From Adineta vaga (Eukaryota; Animalia; Rotifera), in the NCBI GenBank assembly GCA_021613535.1, contig CP075492.1, positions 868,001-932,000 on the forward strand: a stretch of 64,000 nt of DNA, given 5' to 3'. Below the pieces are notes generated by a model. The model did not search any database and was not told the DNA's origin. It saw nothing but the letters and a program-made list of their open reading frames with translations. Below, in pieces: positions 14,502-28,310 of the stretch (position 1 is its first letter; each line of letters opens with the position of its first letter). The translations under genes and the position numbers were made by a program.

Positions 14502-15789
14502 GAGAGGGTATACAATGGATTTTGATCATATTTTTATTATTTTTAAACAAAAAACTAAAACCAAGAGAGGACGCGTCACACCGTGCCGGTCACCTTGATA
14601 CACCTCTGAATACTCTACTTTGATCAACAGATCCCCTAGAATTCAATCATCAGTGCCGCTAACTAATATACTATGAGCAATATTCTTATTGGCGAAAATC
14701 TGACAGTATCCTCCCTCCCTCGGTACTTATTCGTTAGTCATTAGGAAAAGAAAACTTTCATACATCAGTAGAAGAATCATACCTGGATCAGTACGTTTTT
14801 CTAATAAATCATTATCTTCGTTTGACTCTTCAACGACACTCCGTGATAAATATTTAATTAGCATATGCTTAGGGTGGTTCCGATCAAAGTGTCGACGTGA
14901 TGCTTGAGAATAAGAGGGAGCTCTTGCATTCAACGGATGCACAGTGATGTCATGCCTGTTGCGGGGTCAGAAGAACATGTGTCGGTCACGTCTGTAGGGA
15001 CAGTGGGGGGTAGTGAGTGCAAATTTCTGTCCGTAAACGCTTCAACACTCCTTTTAGATCGTGTTTCACAAAAGAATGTCTTGATTCAACCAACGATTAG
15101 CACAATCGTATATCCATACAATCAATAATGGATACTTTAACGTAAGTTCTATGTAATATCAATTAATAGAAGAAAATTCTTGTGTTTCTCTGCAAGTTAT
15201 GTTGGTGCTTTGTTTTCAACATCTTCATTATCTTCATCACCAATATGATGGTTAGTTGTTCTACTGACGGCGAAGACTTTATTTCAACGAGTGTTGGTAG
15301 TACAGAAGATACATGTATACCATTGTAATCCAACGAACAATAAGAAGATATTGATAATACATTAACTTCGAAAGAGATTGCTGTTTTACTTATTGAGTTG
15401 CATTATGTTTATTCTTTGACAAGATCGTATATTAAACATAACTGTGAGCTGGTGCAACTAAAGAGAGTAGAAAATGCTTCATTTGGTTTTAACAATATTG
15501 GATCGTTAGTGCTTTGTGCGTATCGTTTAACCACGTTTCCTATCAAAATAGTGATATATCCTATTTGCTATAAACGATCATTAAGTCTCAAAATGTGTAC
15601 TAGTATAAGGTCGATTGCAATTCTCAATCTTCATTTGTTCCAGTACCAACACTAAATTATAATTTTGCACTTGATTCTCAAATTATATCAATAATTGAAT
15701 GAAACCCAATAGTGAAAAGAAAATCCAATCAACATCCTATTGCAGATATTACTCATAGTCTAATATATACGAACAAATATTTAAAACAG

Positions 15790-17330
15790 GATCTCAACCA
15801 TTTTAAACTTTATTGATGAATTCTGATGGTGGTTTAGCCAAAACAAGTTCAACATCTGTTTGGTTGACCACTTTCATTATTAGTGAGTTGTTATGGAGAT
15901 TAAGATTTCTTCTTGAAAATGTGATAATTGCTGTGGTCTCATCCAAGTGGAATGAAACCGAAAAAAAGAAGAGATTTCTGTACTTTTGTTTGATATAGTA
16001 AAAGAACTTTGTCGGCTCGAAGAAGTTATATCTGTATCCTTTAGTCATGTTAATGAAATTAATATAGAACAATTCATTAACATATTTTTACTGGCTTGTG
16101 CCAATGACAAATCAGCAAAATCACTTCTATTAAATCATAAAGAATCGACTGGATATTTTAGTTGTTCATGTTGCACTACGAAAGATAATTTTTCGATACA
16201 TAAATCAATAAATAACAATTATTTAACTTGTCTCTGAACTTGTCGTTCGATCTGTTTTTATTTTCAGTCATTTCAATTTCAAGCTGTTTTCATTTAAACT
16301 TCGATCATTGTAGGTAAATCAATACAAGCAGGAAGAACAACTGTTCGTTCGTTTGTTTATGATTGAAAAGAAAAAGTCATCTTAAGATGAGATTAAAACT
16401 TATAACGAAGCATATGCTTTTTGAAAATGTGAGTTTTATTTTATTTGCAAAACCTCATACAAAGCCATTTATATAGGGTAATAGATTGGCAAATTCTGAA
16501 TGAGTTTTCTCAAAAGAAGCGAGTATTGAATATTAAAAAGGATTCAAAGGACGCTGTGTATTGCAGTAATTCGCATATTTTGATGTTTAGGATCTTTCCT
16601 ATGCGATACCCTACATAATCTGTATCTTGGCATAACGGTAAAATCCTTTGTGATATTTTAGAAGATTATCTTACATTTCATGTAAGCTAAAATATTAAAA
16701 CTCCTTTTGTCAAAACCATCTCCTAAAGGTGATATTACTAATTCAATGACTACTGATGATCAAATAGATTTTGTTCGTGAAGCATTTGTTACAATTTCAT
16801 ATCCAGCAACAACTCACCGACAACCAAGAAATATTCGCCTGTTTCAACAATTCAAAGGAAACGAATTTAGAATGTTCTTCTTTTGGTTATTTGTAAGTTT
16901 ACTACTTTATAATCTCATTATACTATTTATCTTTATAAAGGATATTTGAAAATGTATTTACCAAATAACATTATGATCATTTAAAAGTATTGGGTTTTCT
17001 AGCTCATTTGGTAGAAGGTGAATACTTATTCATCAATGCACATGAAGATATTAGGGTTCTGGCTGCATACTCAGATGAAAAATTTGCATCTCCACATATT
17101 GTAAATCAAATTATTCATACGTTTTTTCTTCAATTGTTTATATTAATCTAGAAAAGACATGCAGTGTCAGCGATTCATTCTATAAGATATTTTCATTCTT
17201 GTGGACGTCATTATGGATCTATGTGTAATTATTCCACATCTTTATTCGAGTTGTCAATGGGTTGGTTAAGAATTTTCTTTTATAAAATATATCTATATAT
17301 TTCTCCGAACAGCTCACGAAAAATCAACTA
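15790..17330 (+). pseudogene. highly degenerate CACTA/CMC-EnSpm-like transposase
   Basis: Colinear fragments LMNSDGG..SVW, ANDKSAKSLLLNHKESTGYFSCSCC, DTLHNLYLG, FKGNEFR, HYGSMCNYSTSLFE; many stops and frameshifts. Confidence 0.7.
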
Positions 17331-20239
17331 CAATTTCAGAGTTGACAAATAATATTGATTTATATCGGGAAGCTTCACTTCATACATCTTCTTCAACGCT
17401 TTCAAGAAAAGGCAAAGTGTGTATACGCCGTATATCATCATCGAATTTCATTTCTTTAGGGCTTCATTTAATCATTTCTTACATTGCACTTAGCAAAACT
17501 TTATTTCTAAATGAATTTAGACTAAATACTGACGATTTTAATGCAGTTCGTCATTCAAATGACTCTTGGATCCTGTAAAAGTCAAGCAATATTCAATACT
17601 CGATTGGATTTACAATCTGTATTGGTCATTTGGTGGATAAAAGTGAATTATATCTACCTCTGAACGAAATAAAAATTTGAGGGAAAACCTTTAGATGCAT
17701 CAATATTACGCAAGGTACTGCTCTTCTTAATTCAAAAAACCATCATCAATACATCTCACGCTGTTCAATAGCTCGCTTTTCGACCAGTTTATGAGAACAA
17801 CGACAGAAAATCAAATTCATTTCATTTTTCTCAATAACCTAACTTAACAAAATGTTCTTGGCTAATCTATTACTAAAATAAATATTTAACTACCAGATGC
17901 TTCATGTCAGAGAATATCCTGAAGCTTTTAAAACTAGCTTCCAAGCTTGATATGAAATCAGATTTTAACATCTTTTAAGATAAGTACATTTACTTTCGAT
18001 TATGGAACATAATAGATCTCTTTCCACTACAATCCTTCACATCGCATAAGACGACAAAGAAATATATTTAATGGATTACTAATGAACAAAATAGTTGATC
18101 TATGATCAGAATTCGTTTCAGTGCCTCTATTCCATTATTTATCTTACTCGGACGCATTTTAATATAGGAAAAGGTACATTTACAAAAAACAATTCATTTT
18201 AATTCCCCTTTTTCCGTCATGAACTTGATCGGGGACTAGATCTGGTCATTTTCCATCGATTTCGAGTAGTGAATCGGACACAAATCCAACAGATCTGCCG
18301 GTCGGAATGAACCAACAAGGACTACTCACAATACAAAGCCTAAACGAAATCTTTTCCCCACCATCAAAGCTTGTCTTTCATTAACAACAGTACCGACAAA
18401 CAGACATCAATAGGCATACTATAAATTCAAATTCCCACTCTCAAAATGAAACACAAGTACCATTGAGATTTCTCCGCCAGTGATGGAAATCAATAGCGTA
18501 TGGATAGTTTACGAGATAATAAAGCTCCAACCGAACAAGAGCGTCTGTTGAAGCCAATGTCAACGTCGAAATGAATGCTTCACTATAGATCAAGATCCTA
18601 AAGAGGATTTATTCCACTTAAAAGTAAAGCAACACACGAACGAGACCGTCTGTCGAAGGTGATGACCACACCGAGGTGCATCTCACATCAATGACGAAGA
18701 TGGAGCCACATCTACACCCATCCACAAGATGGAATGATGGAGATGGTTAGTAAAATATTTATTTGGATTAGTACACAATTATATAAAGTGTTCACAGATG
18801 TTAATCTCGTGTGAATAATCTAAGAGTCATCTGTAATTGATTGTACGCGGTTTGCTCAACACCTATAATGAGATGAAAAAATAGTTATAGCTACTACTCA
18901 CTTCCATGTTCGTCGAGCAAATGAAAAAGAGCGTGTTTGTTGCTTCTATTACTCGAAACGATACTAAGTTATGGTTGAATGAGCCCGTTTTAATACGATT
19001 GTATGATCAAATATCTTCGCTCGTCTAGGTTAATGTATATTGATGCGTTTGTATTTCACCATTACATGAGTCATTGATTTCGTTTAAATGTAACAGCGTA
19101 GTAATGCTCAATTTAATTATAGGTTGTAAATATTGATCTGCCGCTCTGGCGAAAAGATTAAATGTTTTTCACATTAAGTAACATTTTTATTGTACAAGGA
19201 ATAGAATTAGTTTTGATTCAATTATAGCGATTTATAATCGAAAATTTTAATTCAGATTTTGTTACAAAATAATTTTGATTAAGTCAATAAAATTGTCCAC
19301 TAGGTGGTGCAAGATAACTTATCATCAATTGAAATCTATAAGTGTGAAAAAAACGTTCATAAAAATATTCTCTATGAAAAACTGCAGAAAACGTTTGGAT
19401 TATTATCAGTAACGGATGAGTAAAAATATCGAATGTGAAGTGAAAATTGTCGGTTAACACTACGTGTGACTGAGGCCAAAGTTTGTTTTCTCATCATACT
19501 TTGTCGTATGATATTTTTATAAAACTCCAATTCAAGAAAGAAAGTTGAAGATATTAAAGTTATTGAACATAAACTTCAGTTACAAATAGGAGTGCAACAA
19601 ATCCTAGGGACGATTTCGGTTTGGATTTTACATTTGAGTCTAAAATGGTGATGAACCGGTAGTTGATGCGGAAGTACTTTACCTCCCTCCGCAAACACTT
19701 TAGTCTCTCCGAGGGGATGCTATAATTGCTGTAAATTTATGTGAGCTCTTTCCAAGAAAATCTTATTAGAGCTGAAGCCCGTTTGAACTCGTTTTAGTTC
19801 TGTTACTAGTCTGACGTAACGATTCTAGTGCTCCTATCGGCAATCGTTACATATGTTTAAAATATAGATTAGTAAATTTGCTTATCGAAAGTCAAGCAAT
19901 CCACATCTTACAGTATACAGTTATAAGAGATTACTTTCATGTATTGGTTAAAAATTGAACATGAAAATTTCTTCGTATGTACACTTATTGATATTAATGG
20001 TAGTCTGAGAAAAAGATTGAGCCATAGAATAAGTCGGAGTCTATGTGATAGAAATTTCCGAATTCTAAGTAGTATCATCATTTTTGTGAAAAACAGCCAC
20101 TTTCCACTTCCATGACATTTCATATATCAAAAGAATCTGTGCAAATAATGCAATGTGTATTTACCTGACATATGATCATCTTTTTCGTATTTTTCCTGAT
20201 GACACTTTCATCTAAAAGTCGATAGAAAAGTTTTCGGAT

Positions 20240-21060
20240 AAAATGTTAAGAGCTTCGACGGATACATATAAGCCACTAGAACAACATAATAATTCGAAAA
20301 GCAAGGATATAATGAAGCATTTTTTACTGGAAGGTTTCTAAAGATCAACAATTTATGATGCCATAATACGTTATGAAATTGGTTTATGAATTCAAGATCG
20401 TCCAAGAAAAGGTCGCCCATCAACATTCAATAAGAAAAAACTGAACTGTTTACAAAAAGCAGCTGAAAATCGTGTTGGCATAACTCAAAGAAATGTATTC
20501 ATACAATATTCGAAATCATGTTCGTCTTCTTGAATAAATATTTATTATATGGCTTTATTCTGCACAAAACACAAAATTTACATGTATAAAAAATAAACAG
20601 TCAAAGTATTGAAAATGGTCCGTTTTTTCCTATGCTTCGTAGTTTTGTTTGTACTTTGTTCATCATTTTTTGAACGACTTTCATATCCATTTGCTTTATT
20701 TTATTAGTAATTCTTCTTTTCAATTGTAATTCAATTTGTGCTTCCCAACCTCCTTCATATACTTTGTCAGCCAGCATCGACCAGAAATTTTTTGTTGGTC
20801 GAACTTTTGGAACTTTTAGTGGATTGTCTTGTTTTATGATCAATTTCATACCATTTTGATGAAGCCATTTTGTTGTTTCCTTAGCATGATATGAAGATGC
20901 TCAGTCTGACCAAAATACATAATCATTATGAGTATGATGTTCATCAATGAATGTTAGAAGTTTACTCAAACAGTTGTGAATGTAAACATTGCTCGTAATA
21001 GCTTGACGTTTCGTAGTTCCAATGAATGGTTTTGAAAAACCTTTAGTTGATAATGCTAAC
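20240..21060. mobile_element. Tc1/mariner transposase relic with halves in opposite orientation
   Basis: Plus strand ~20310-20490 reads RSTIYDAIIRYEIG*IQDRPRKGRP (HTH and GRP motif). Minus strand 21060-20601 reads YVFWSD*ASSYHAKET...NFWSMLADKVY (catalytic half). Confidence 0.8.
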
Positions 21061-21345
21061 TGTAACGAAAAAGAGATGTAATAAAAGCTTATTTCGTTAT
21101 TGCTGCAGCATATTATTTTATTTCTTTTCTTAATTGTGATCACAATGACAAACTAGAAGAATAACGTTAACGCTATTCTTTATGTAGAAGATATTTACTA
21201 CATTATACCACACACTAGTTGTATGCGATACTCCAGTTGTGTCTCATACAATACAGAACATAATCTTTTATACAGAACAGAAAAGAGAAGAGAACAAACA
21301 GTGACAGTACAAGGCAATACAGATAATCCGAACATTAGCATGACA
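21061..21345 (-). mobile_element. probable solo LTR without matching TSD
   Basis: TGTCATG...GTTACA on the minus strand, with TATAAAA followed by AATAAA. It abuts the truncation point of the mariner relic. Flanks CTAAC and AGAAT differ. Confidence 0.5.
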
Positions 21346-21423
21346 AGAATATTACGCAAGGACGATATCTTATATAATTGACATCTTCAAATGTTAGAAT
21401 ATAAGTTATAATATCTTGATAGG

Positions 21424-21492
21424 TCTTGAGGATGTGGGTGTGGGTGGGTTCTTTTATCTTGTTTCAGCTACACCCACACCCACACCCCTCAA
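21424..21492. repeat. telomere-repeat hairpin element
   Basis: TCTTGAGGATGTGGGTGTGGGTG...CACCCACACCCACACCCCTCAA. Confidence 0.75.
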
Positions 21493-21515
21493 TGTCATGT
21501 GTATTTTATACTCAT

Positions 21516-22394
21516 TTATAGATCATGAAATCGAAGTTCTTGTGAAGATAAATCGTCATTCATGACTTGTAAAATAAGACATCGATTATTTAGTAAAGTA
21601 GCATACATTATACTTTTACAATCGTAATCAATTGTTTGTTTAAGTTTACCGTTGTTGTCAATCAAAAATAGTTTTTTGTTATCCCATGGTACAAGAAGAA
21701 ATTCTCCTACCGGTAAAGAAAGTAGATTATGAGAATATTTATCAGTAAATGGAACAGTTTTTAATAATTTCATATTTTCTGCGCGACGTAGTTCAAACCA
21801 ACAATTGTTACGATATTCAGTTAAAATCAGACCTACACGTGTTCCATCACTGTTAAAACGAATCTTGCAAATTTCTTGATGTGATTGACAAGAAATAGGT
21901 GGACGAAATGTTGACATTAAATTCCAATCTGATAGATTGTAGAGTTTTATAACAGATCCAATACCATCATGACTTATCATAAATTTTTCGTTGGAAACTG
22001 TAAATGTTATTGACGAATATTTAAATGTTTTTATTTGTAATAATTGGGATTGTGTAGAATCAGTCATATCTAATCCATAAAGTATTCCTTCACTAAGAAT
22101 AAGAAATTTATTTAAATATAATGACCAACACATATCATTTATTTCATCTAATTCATGGTCAATTTTTCTTACAATAATTCCTTCTGCATTAATAAGACAA
22201 AAACTTTTGGAAGGACATATAATGATAAAATCATTATTAGCTGCCATTGCCCAATTTTGTACATCAATATTCATACTAAGTCTTGCTTTTTGTTTCACAT
22301 GATTGATATATAATAGTGCAGCAGATCCCATTATCGTTGATGTGTTATTATCAGTATGTGTTGTTACCATTACTTCAAAAACAATAATTTTCAA
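21516..22394 (-). CDS. intronless hypothetical beta-propeller (WD40/NHL-like) protein; start uncertain
   Basis: 292-aa ORF with beta-strand-rich repeats (INDMCWS, ICKIRFNSDGTRVG, LFLIDNNGKLKQTI). Confidence 0.55.
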   Translation of the reverse strand: MKIIVFEVMVTTHTDNNTSTIMGSAALLYINHVKQKARLSMNIDVQNWAMAANNDFIIICPSKSFCLINAEGIIVRKIDHELDEINDMCWSLYLNKFLILSEGILYGLDMTDSTQSQLLQIKTFKYSSITFTVSNEKFMISHDGIGSVIKLYNLSDWNLMSTFRPPISCQSHQEICKIRFNSDGTRVGLILTEYRNNCWFELRRAENMKLLKTVPFTDKYSHNLLSLPVGEFLLVPWDNKKLFLIDNNGKLKQTIDYDCKSIMYATLLNNRCLILQVMNDDLSSQELRFHDL

Positions 22395-23559
22395 CTTTAT
22401 TTTTTCGTTATTTCTCTTTTTTCTTGTGAAATATTAAGTAATTTCATCAATTCAACAATTCATAATGTCATTTTTCTTTTCTTTCTGCAAAAAAGAATGA
22501 TTTTTTATTTTTTTTATTTTTAACTAAAGCCATCATGAAGATGAGGGTGCAGCATAAAAATCACATTCATCTTCACGCTGACAAAATGGCTCTGTTGGTA
22601 AACATTGATCTATATAAAATGAGCATTTCTCATTTCGACGTTATTTTACCGCTTTATTGAGAGTAAAGTATCGGTAAAAAGCATAGGCGCTCATCCTCAT
22701 TTGTTTTTGTTCATACATCTTGTAGATAAGCCCGAATGATTTAAAATTGTGGATATCTCTATGATATGTGCAATAGTCGTTTTACTATCAACCATAAAAA
22801 ATAGATGTAAGTAGGAACAGATGTCAAAAAGGAATTTTATAGGCGTACATTTACGTCAAATACTTTGTAGTACGAAACTTTAGCATTTTAAATAAATTTT
22901 GAGAGAATTAAACGCATGAACCAACTCCTATACAAATAATTTGATGTAACGAATCGGAAATTGTAAGATTAAATGATTAATGAATACTATCTTCAGTCTG
23001 TTTTCATTTTCACTCGAATCTTCATGTTATATATACATTCCAATGCCCACTTTAAAGTTATTCTTACTCCAATTTCATCATCTACCTTACTAGCGAGTTA
23101 ATTACCTTTAATATAGAACACTAATGAGTGTGAGTTCATGCTGCTATTTTGTTTCTGATACATCAGCATCAGTTTGTAATCCACCTAGCTCTAGTGTATG
23201 TTCAACAAGCAACCTGAGTTATCAGACAACTGTGCCTTCTTTATCAGATTAGGGCAATTCTTTCAGTGAACTTACTTTTCAAATAAACCAAGTTCATTCT
23301 TTGTTACTGTGATTCATCCACGCTGAAAGTTTTTCAATCGTCGAACAGATCACATTCTCATTTGGCTGACTCACACAGATCTATTTATCCGAATCTAAAT
23401 TTTATCCAGCTTACTCTCGTCGAAGCACAGTTTTCGGATCCTGAATCACTGCTGAAGATGATAATGATGCACACGATTTTAAAGAATATTTTATTTAAAA
23501 TGAAACAAAATACAAAACATTGACATGAAACTGTTGGATAGTTCGTCAACTTTTCTTCT

Positions 23560-24482
23560 AATTAATGACGATTTTTATGGAAACAACGATTTATTCGTGC
23601 TTTCCAATATTAACGAACTTCATGATTATAAATAAATAAATCTACCACTTGAATGATAACAGTAAAAGTTGGTGGAATTTGCAATATATCATACAGCCAG
23701 TCTGGTGTTATAGATCTCATAGCTAAAACAATATAAAGTGATTCCCATCCAAAAATAAATACAACAAATAAGAAAACGATATATTTGAGTAGTTTTATAT
23801 CTCGACAGTGTTGTTGATGATTTGTATCTGTTCTAGATGTAACAGTCGCCGTGATCCCATGAACACGTCGAGTGGATGATCGAACACAAAACACAATAAT
23901 TCCATTAAAAATGATGTTGAAAATCACAGGAATTATGACTATGAAGGATAGAGTATAGGATCAAATCCAACTGGAGAATCCAATGCCATCGACACATGCC
24001 TACAAATACTAGAGAGATAATATTTTTTGTTTCACTAATTTTACCTTTGAATTATGAAGTAAAATTGGTATTGTCACAAGTAAACTAAAAATCCATTGTA
24101 CAATTATTGATAAATACGCCCAAGATTTACTTTAAAAAAATCGTTTCAATGGGAAACATATTGTAACACAACGACTGATAGTAATGACTACGAGAGAATG
24201 AACTACTAAACAATTGACGAGTTGTCCAACAGATAATGTAAGTGTACATAAGATGAGATTGCCATAAGGAATGTATATACTGTTTACACTGGACGTTTTC
24301 TCTATAGCCCAATATATAGCACATACGAGACAAGTTAAACAAAAACGTGCCGTCAAAATATTATTTGTAGTATGAAAACGTTCGATAAAAATGATTGTTA
24401 GAAGATAAAGTAATGGAAATGGAATGATAAGAATGAAAAGGATGGGTTGTATAATAAGAACAACGTATAGTATATCTACCAT
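23560..24482 (-). pseudogene. rhodopsin-like 7TM GPCR pseudogene with one short intron (~24000-24046)
   Basis: Hydrophobic helices and ITISRCVTICFP (DRY-like region); in-frame stops at 24132, ~23960 and 23610. Confidence 0.75.
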
Positions 24483-25541
24483 GTTTATGGAGTTTTTGAA
24501 ATAAATTGTAGATGCAAAATAATGATGTATATTAAAACAAAAGTTCTTTTCCTCAACTTTTATAGGTCAATTCAATGAGATAGAATGTACTATTGTTATA
24601 CACATTTATAGATCAAACATAAAAGATAATTTGATAAAAGCATTTTTAATCGTCTATCTTAATATAGTCATTGTAATTATTTTAATGGAAGAAATATATG
24701 AATCAAGAGAGCGATGCATTATTCATTTCTTTTTTCTCAACAATTGTATAAAAATGCATCAAGCCGTGCGGAGTAGCAAGGACATGAAAGGAATAAATCA
24801 TTAGATTTTCTTTTCCCTTCTGTTGATTGAATTATACTTCAATATTTTCCTTTATCATCTATTCGAAGAAAACAATATGTAATATTATGATATATTTCGA
24901 ATACTTGTTCAATATCTTCTCATACTATTGATATTCAATAAATGTTTTTAATTACTGATAATCAGGCATATATAATGTGGAAATGCAAAAATCTGATTGA
25001 TTGTTATATAGCCGCTTACTACGATTAAATACGCTAGTGAACATCTGTATAAAACGAAATTATGATAGTAATGGAAAAGACAACACGTGCGAAGTATAGA
25101 AATGTACATTTGATAAATAAAAAGAAAGTCAAATGTCAAGATAAAATATCTGACATAGTAATTTTACTTTTCAATTAAAATTTTTCTTCACATCCTTTGT
25201 CCTTAATTTCCTAAACACAATTCAAAATCTAAGTAGCCAATAGTTAATCACTCCGTAATTCCCTTTCAAGTTGCTTTCATAATTAAAATTTTCTTTTCAA
25301 CACAGAAAATCCTTTTTCTTTCAATATACTTATCATCAAGTCAGATTAGTACTGCGTCAATACTTAAATATATTAATATTTCTTGTTCGTTCTTTTCAAA
25401 TTCAATTAGAAAAGAAAAATCAAATTTTTAAGACTTGCAATGAAGATTATAAATTTTTGTTAATTTTTTTCTTGTTCACTTTATGATTAGAATTTCAAAG
25501 CATTATGCATTTTAACTTCTACAAACAAATCAACGTAGAAA

Positions 25542-26528
25542 ATGTCTTCATTAAGTAGTACATTACAATATATTCAAAAAACTACACTTTTTGGTTTATC
25601 TTGGTTTTATATTTCATTCGGTGTAACTGGATGTATATTAAATATTTGTCTTTTTTCTCGCAAACAATTTCGAGCAACATCATGTTGTAAATATTTCTTA
25701 GCATCATCAGTTGGAATGTTATTTAATCTATTAATTTATTCAATTCCAACTCTTTATGGTTATTATTATACAAATCCACTCACATATAATGTTCTGTTTT
25801 GTAAATTTCGTTACTATTTCAATAATAATACTTCGGTTATATATCGTTTGATATTAAGTGCAGCTTCTTTTGATCGTTCTGCATCGTCATCTTCAAATGT
25901 ACGTTTAAGAAATTTAGCAAATGTCAAGTTTGCATATCGAGTTATTGGTACAATTATTATTCTTGTATTTCTTGTGCATATTCATATGTTAATTTTTTAT
26001 AATATCAAAACTAATACATGTTATAATTCTCTCGATGCTATTGGAATAACTTTAGTAAGTATTTTTTCTTTAATAAATAATTCGGTTTTACCTACAATAT
26101 TAATGGTGATTTTCACAATATTTATTCGAAAAAATCTTGCTGCAAGACGAAAACGTCGTCAAAATAATATACTTCTACAAGAAAGAATTAATCAAAATGA
26201 GGAAATTCAATTGAAACGTGATCAACAAGTATTACGAATGTTATTTACTCAAATTATTGCATATTTTATTATAACATCACCATATATGATCTATAGTATC
26301 AATAATATTATTTCTCCTTATATACAAAATAAAAGTTCTGATCGCATAGCAATAGAAAATTTCATTGCAGGTATTTCTGGTGGATTATCTTATGTATTTC
26401 CTACAGTTTCATTTTATGTTTATACATTAACATCAAGTTTATTTCGAAATGAATTGTATGTTATGTTACGATCTACATTTTGTTGTCCAATTAAAAATTG
26501 TCGTATTGAACCAACAGCAACAAATTAA
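25542..26528 (+). CDS. intronless rhodopsin-like (class A) GPCR
   Basis: Seven TM segments; FCKFRYY, ASFDR and FYVYTLTSSLFR motifs. Confidence 0.88.
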   Translation: MSSLSSTLQYIQKTTLFGLSWFYISFGVTGCILNICLFSRKQFRATSCCKYFLASSVGMLFNLLIYSIPTLYGYYYTNPLTYNVLFCKFRYYFNNNTSVIYRLILSAASFDRSASSSSNVRLRNLANVKFAYRVIGTIIILVFLVHIHMLIFYNIKTNTCYNSLDAIGITLVSIFSLINNSVLPTILMVIFTIFIRKNLAARRKRRQNNILLQERINQNEEIQLKRDQQVLRMLFTQIIAYFIITSPYMIYSINNIISPYIQNKSSDRIAIENFIAGISGGLSYVFPTVSFYVYTLTSSLFRNELYVMLRSTFCCPIKNCRIEPTATN

Positions 26529-26845
26529 GAAGAAACTAAATCATACATTTATTTCTTTATATATATATATGTATGTTGTACTGTAATGTGTTTGATGTTC
26601 TTATAAAACTTATTGCTAAACCTTTATCAATAAATAGTTCAGTGTTACGTTATCTTCAAATTGAAGCATGATCTATGAAATATCAATCCCACTATTAGTA
26701 GACTTTTCTACAGTCGTAATTATCTCAGCAGAAGTGATAAAATCAGTATTTGATTTGGTATGGAATCAGATTGAGTCTGTTCTATTCGTCTTACTTCCGT
26801 CGAAAAGAAAACAAGTGTTTCATTGTACTTATTTCTTCACTTACC

Positions 26846-28310
26846 ATTTGACTAATGATCACATAAATACCAAATGCAATACCAAGACTGCCAAAGATGA
26901 TCAACCATATAGGTAATTGGGGTTCAGCTGGACATCAATGTATACGAGATGCACCAATAATAAGTGCCGCAAAGAAAACAGCATAAAGTAATAAAAGACA
27001 TACAATACCGACAATGGTGCTATATACTTTCCAACAACCTATTATGATTTTTAAAGAAAATTAGTAAATACTAGCTAGATCCGCGGTGCATACTGCACCG
27101 CTACCTTCTGTCTTCAATGGAGGATATCGGACGTTTCAGGTGACACTGGAAAACAGCCATAGAAACATTAAATGTTAAGTTCGTTAATTTCACAGCCTCC
27201 CACTTCTATTTCTTACATATCTTTAAAATTGAAGGGCCCTGAACCTATAGCACTATTCAGTTAATACTTGATCATCTGTTGAATTACTTCTTTCCAAGTC
27301 AATAAGTATCTTAGTATAATATCTGTTCAGGATCTACCGACACCTCTATACAATAGTCCTTCCCGATCTTTCAGTACTCAGATATAACAGTTCTTCAGGA
27401 CCTACGGATATTGTGACAGTATGTAGTGTTCAGAACCTATCTCTGCGTCTATAGAATATCTGGCGTCGAACTTTGGATACCTCCATACAACATACATTTA
27501 GGACTTATCGTCATCTCCATTATGTACTTGGTTTGGTTCCATCGATACGAATACAATACGATCCTTGAAGACCAATGGATAGCCCATATTCCTATAGCAT
27601 ACCCTTGACGATCTATGACCGTTCTCAAAATACAGTGTTTAGTGCGTATAGATACCATGCATGGGATACCGCTGAGGACCTATCACCATTTTCAGAACAA
27701 AGTACTTTGGAACGCATTGCCATTCATGTATATAATACCTTCGGGTCTATCGGCATCCCTTAATGTATTACTCGGGGACCTATACATACTCTGACAATGT
27801 AGCACCTGGGAATCGATGATCAACTTCATACTACGCTACTTGGACATCTACCAGTATGTCCGTGATATCGTACTTCGGACTCTGCGGTGATCCTCATGAT
27901 ACTGAACTGTGGGATCTATGTGAATCACTATTAAATAGCCTTTAGGTGTCGGTAACTATCCTCATGTAAAGCATCGTGCAACACTGTTCGGATAGCTTCA
28001 AAACACGTTTAACCTTTCCATGTGTTTCTTACAATAATTTCTAGAAAACTCCAGACACTTCTATGAAATTCGAGAACATTCTAGAAATCCCAGTGTAAAA
28101 TACGTAGTTCTCGGATGCTCTAGAAAATTCTAGAATCTATATTCCCTTTGACCCTTGACCTTTAACCCGGCACAGAGAAAGACACACACACAACATTATA
28201 TATAAAGATATATTGATATATCGATATGTACATATAGATATATATCCTTCTGTTCTAATCCATGCGGTTTTTGCCTTGGACTATAGAGACGATGTTCGTC
28301 TAAGTCCATA
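26846..28310 (-). pseudogene. TMEM272-like membrane protein relic with a Helitron in its intron
   Basis: Exon ~27040-26846 reads ...FAALIIGASRIH*CPAEPQLPIWLIIFGSLG and ends at GTAAGT. In-frame TGA at 26935-26937. A candidate first exon MDLDEHRLYSPRQ lies near 28310. Confidence 0.5.
27071..28208 (-). mobile_element. non-autonomous Helitron (1138 bp)
   Basis: 5' A|TCTTTATATATAATG at 28208; 3' hairpin GCGGTGCA-GTA-TGCACCGC followed by CTAG|T at 27071; no TSD; A/T insertion site. Confidence 0.92.

Noticed and set aside
26935-26937. In-frame TGA next to Cys as possible selenocysteine
   Set aside because: The aligned family position is not a Cys as far as I recall, no SECIS was recognised and downstream exons look degraded
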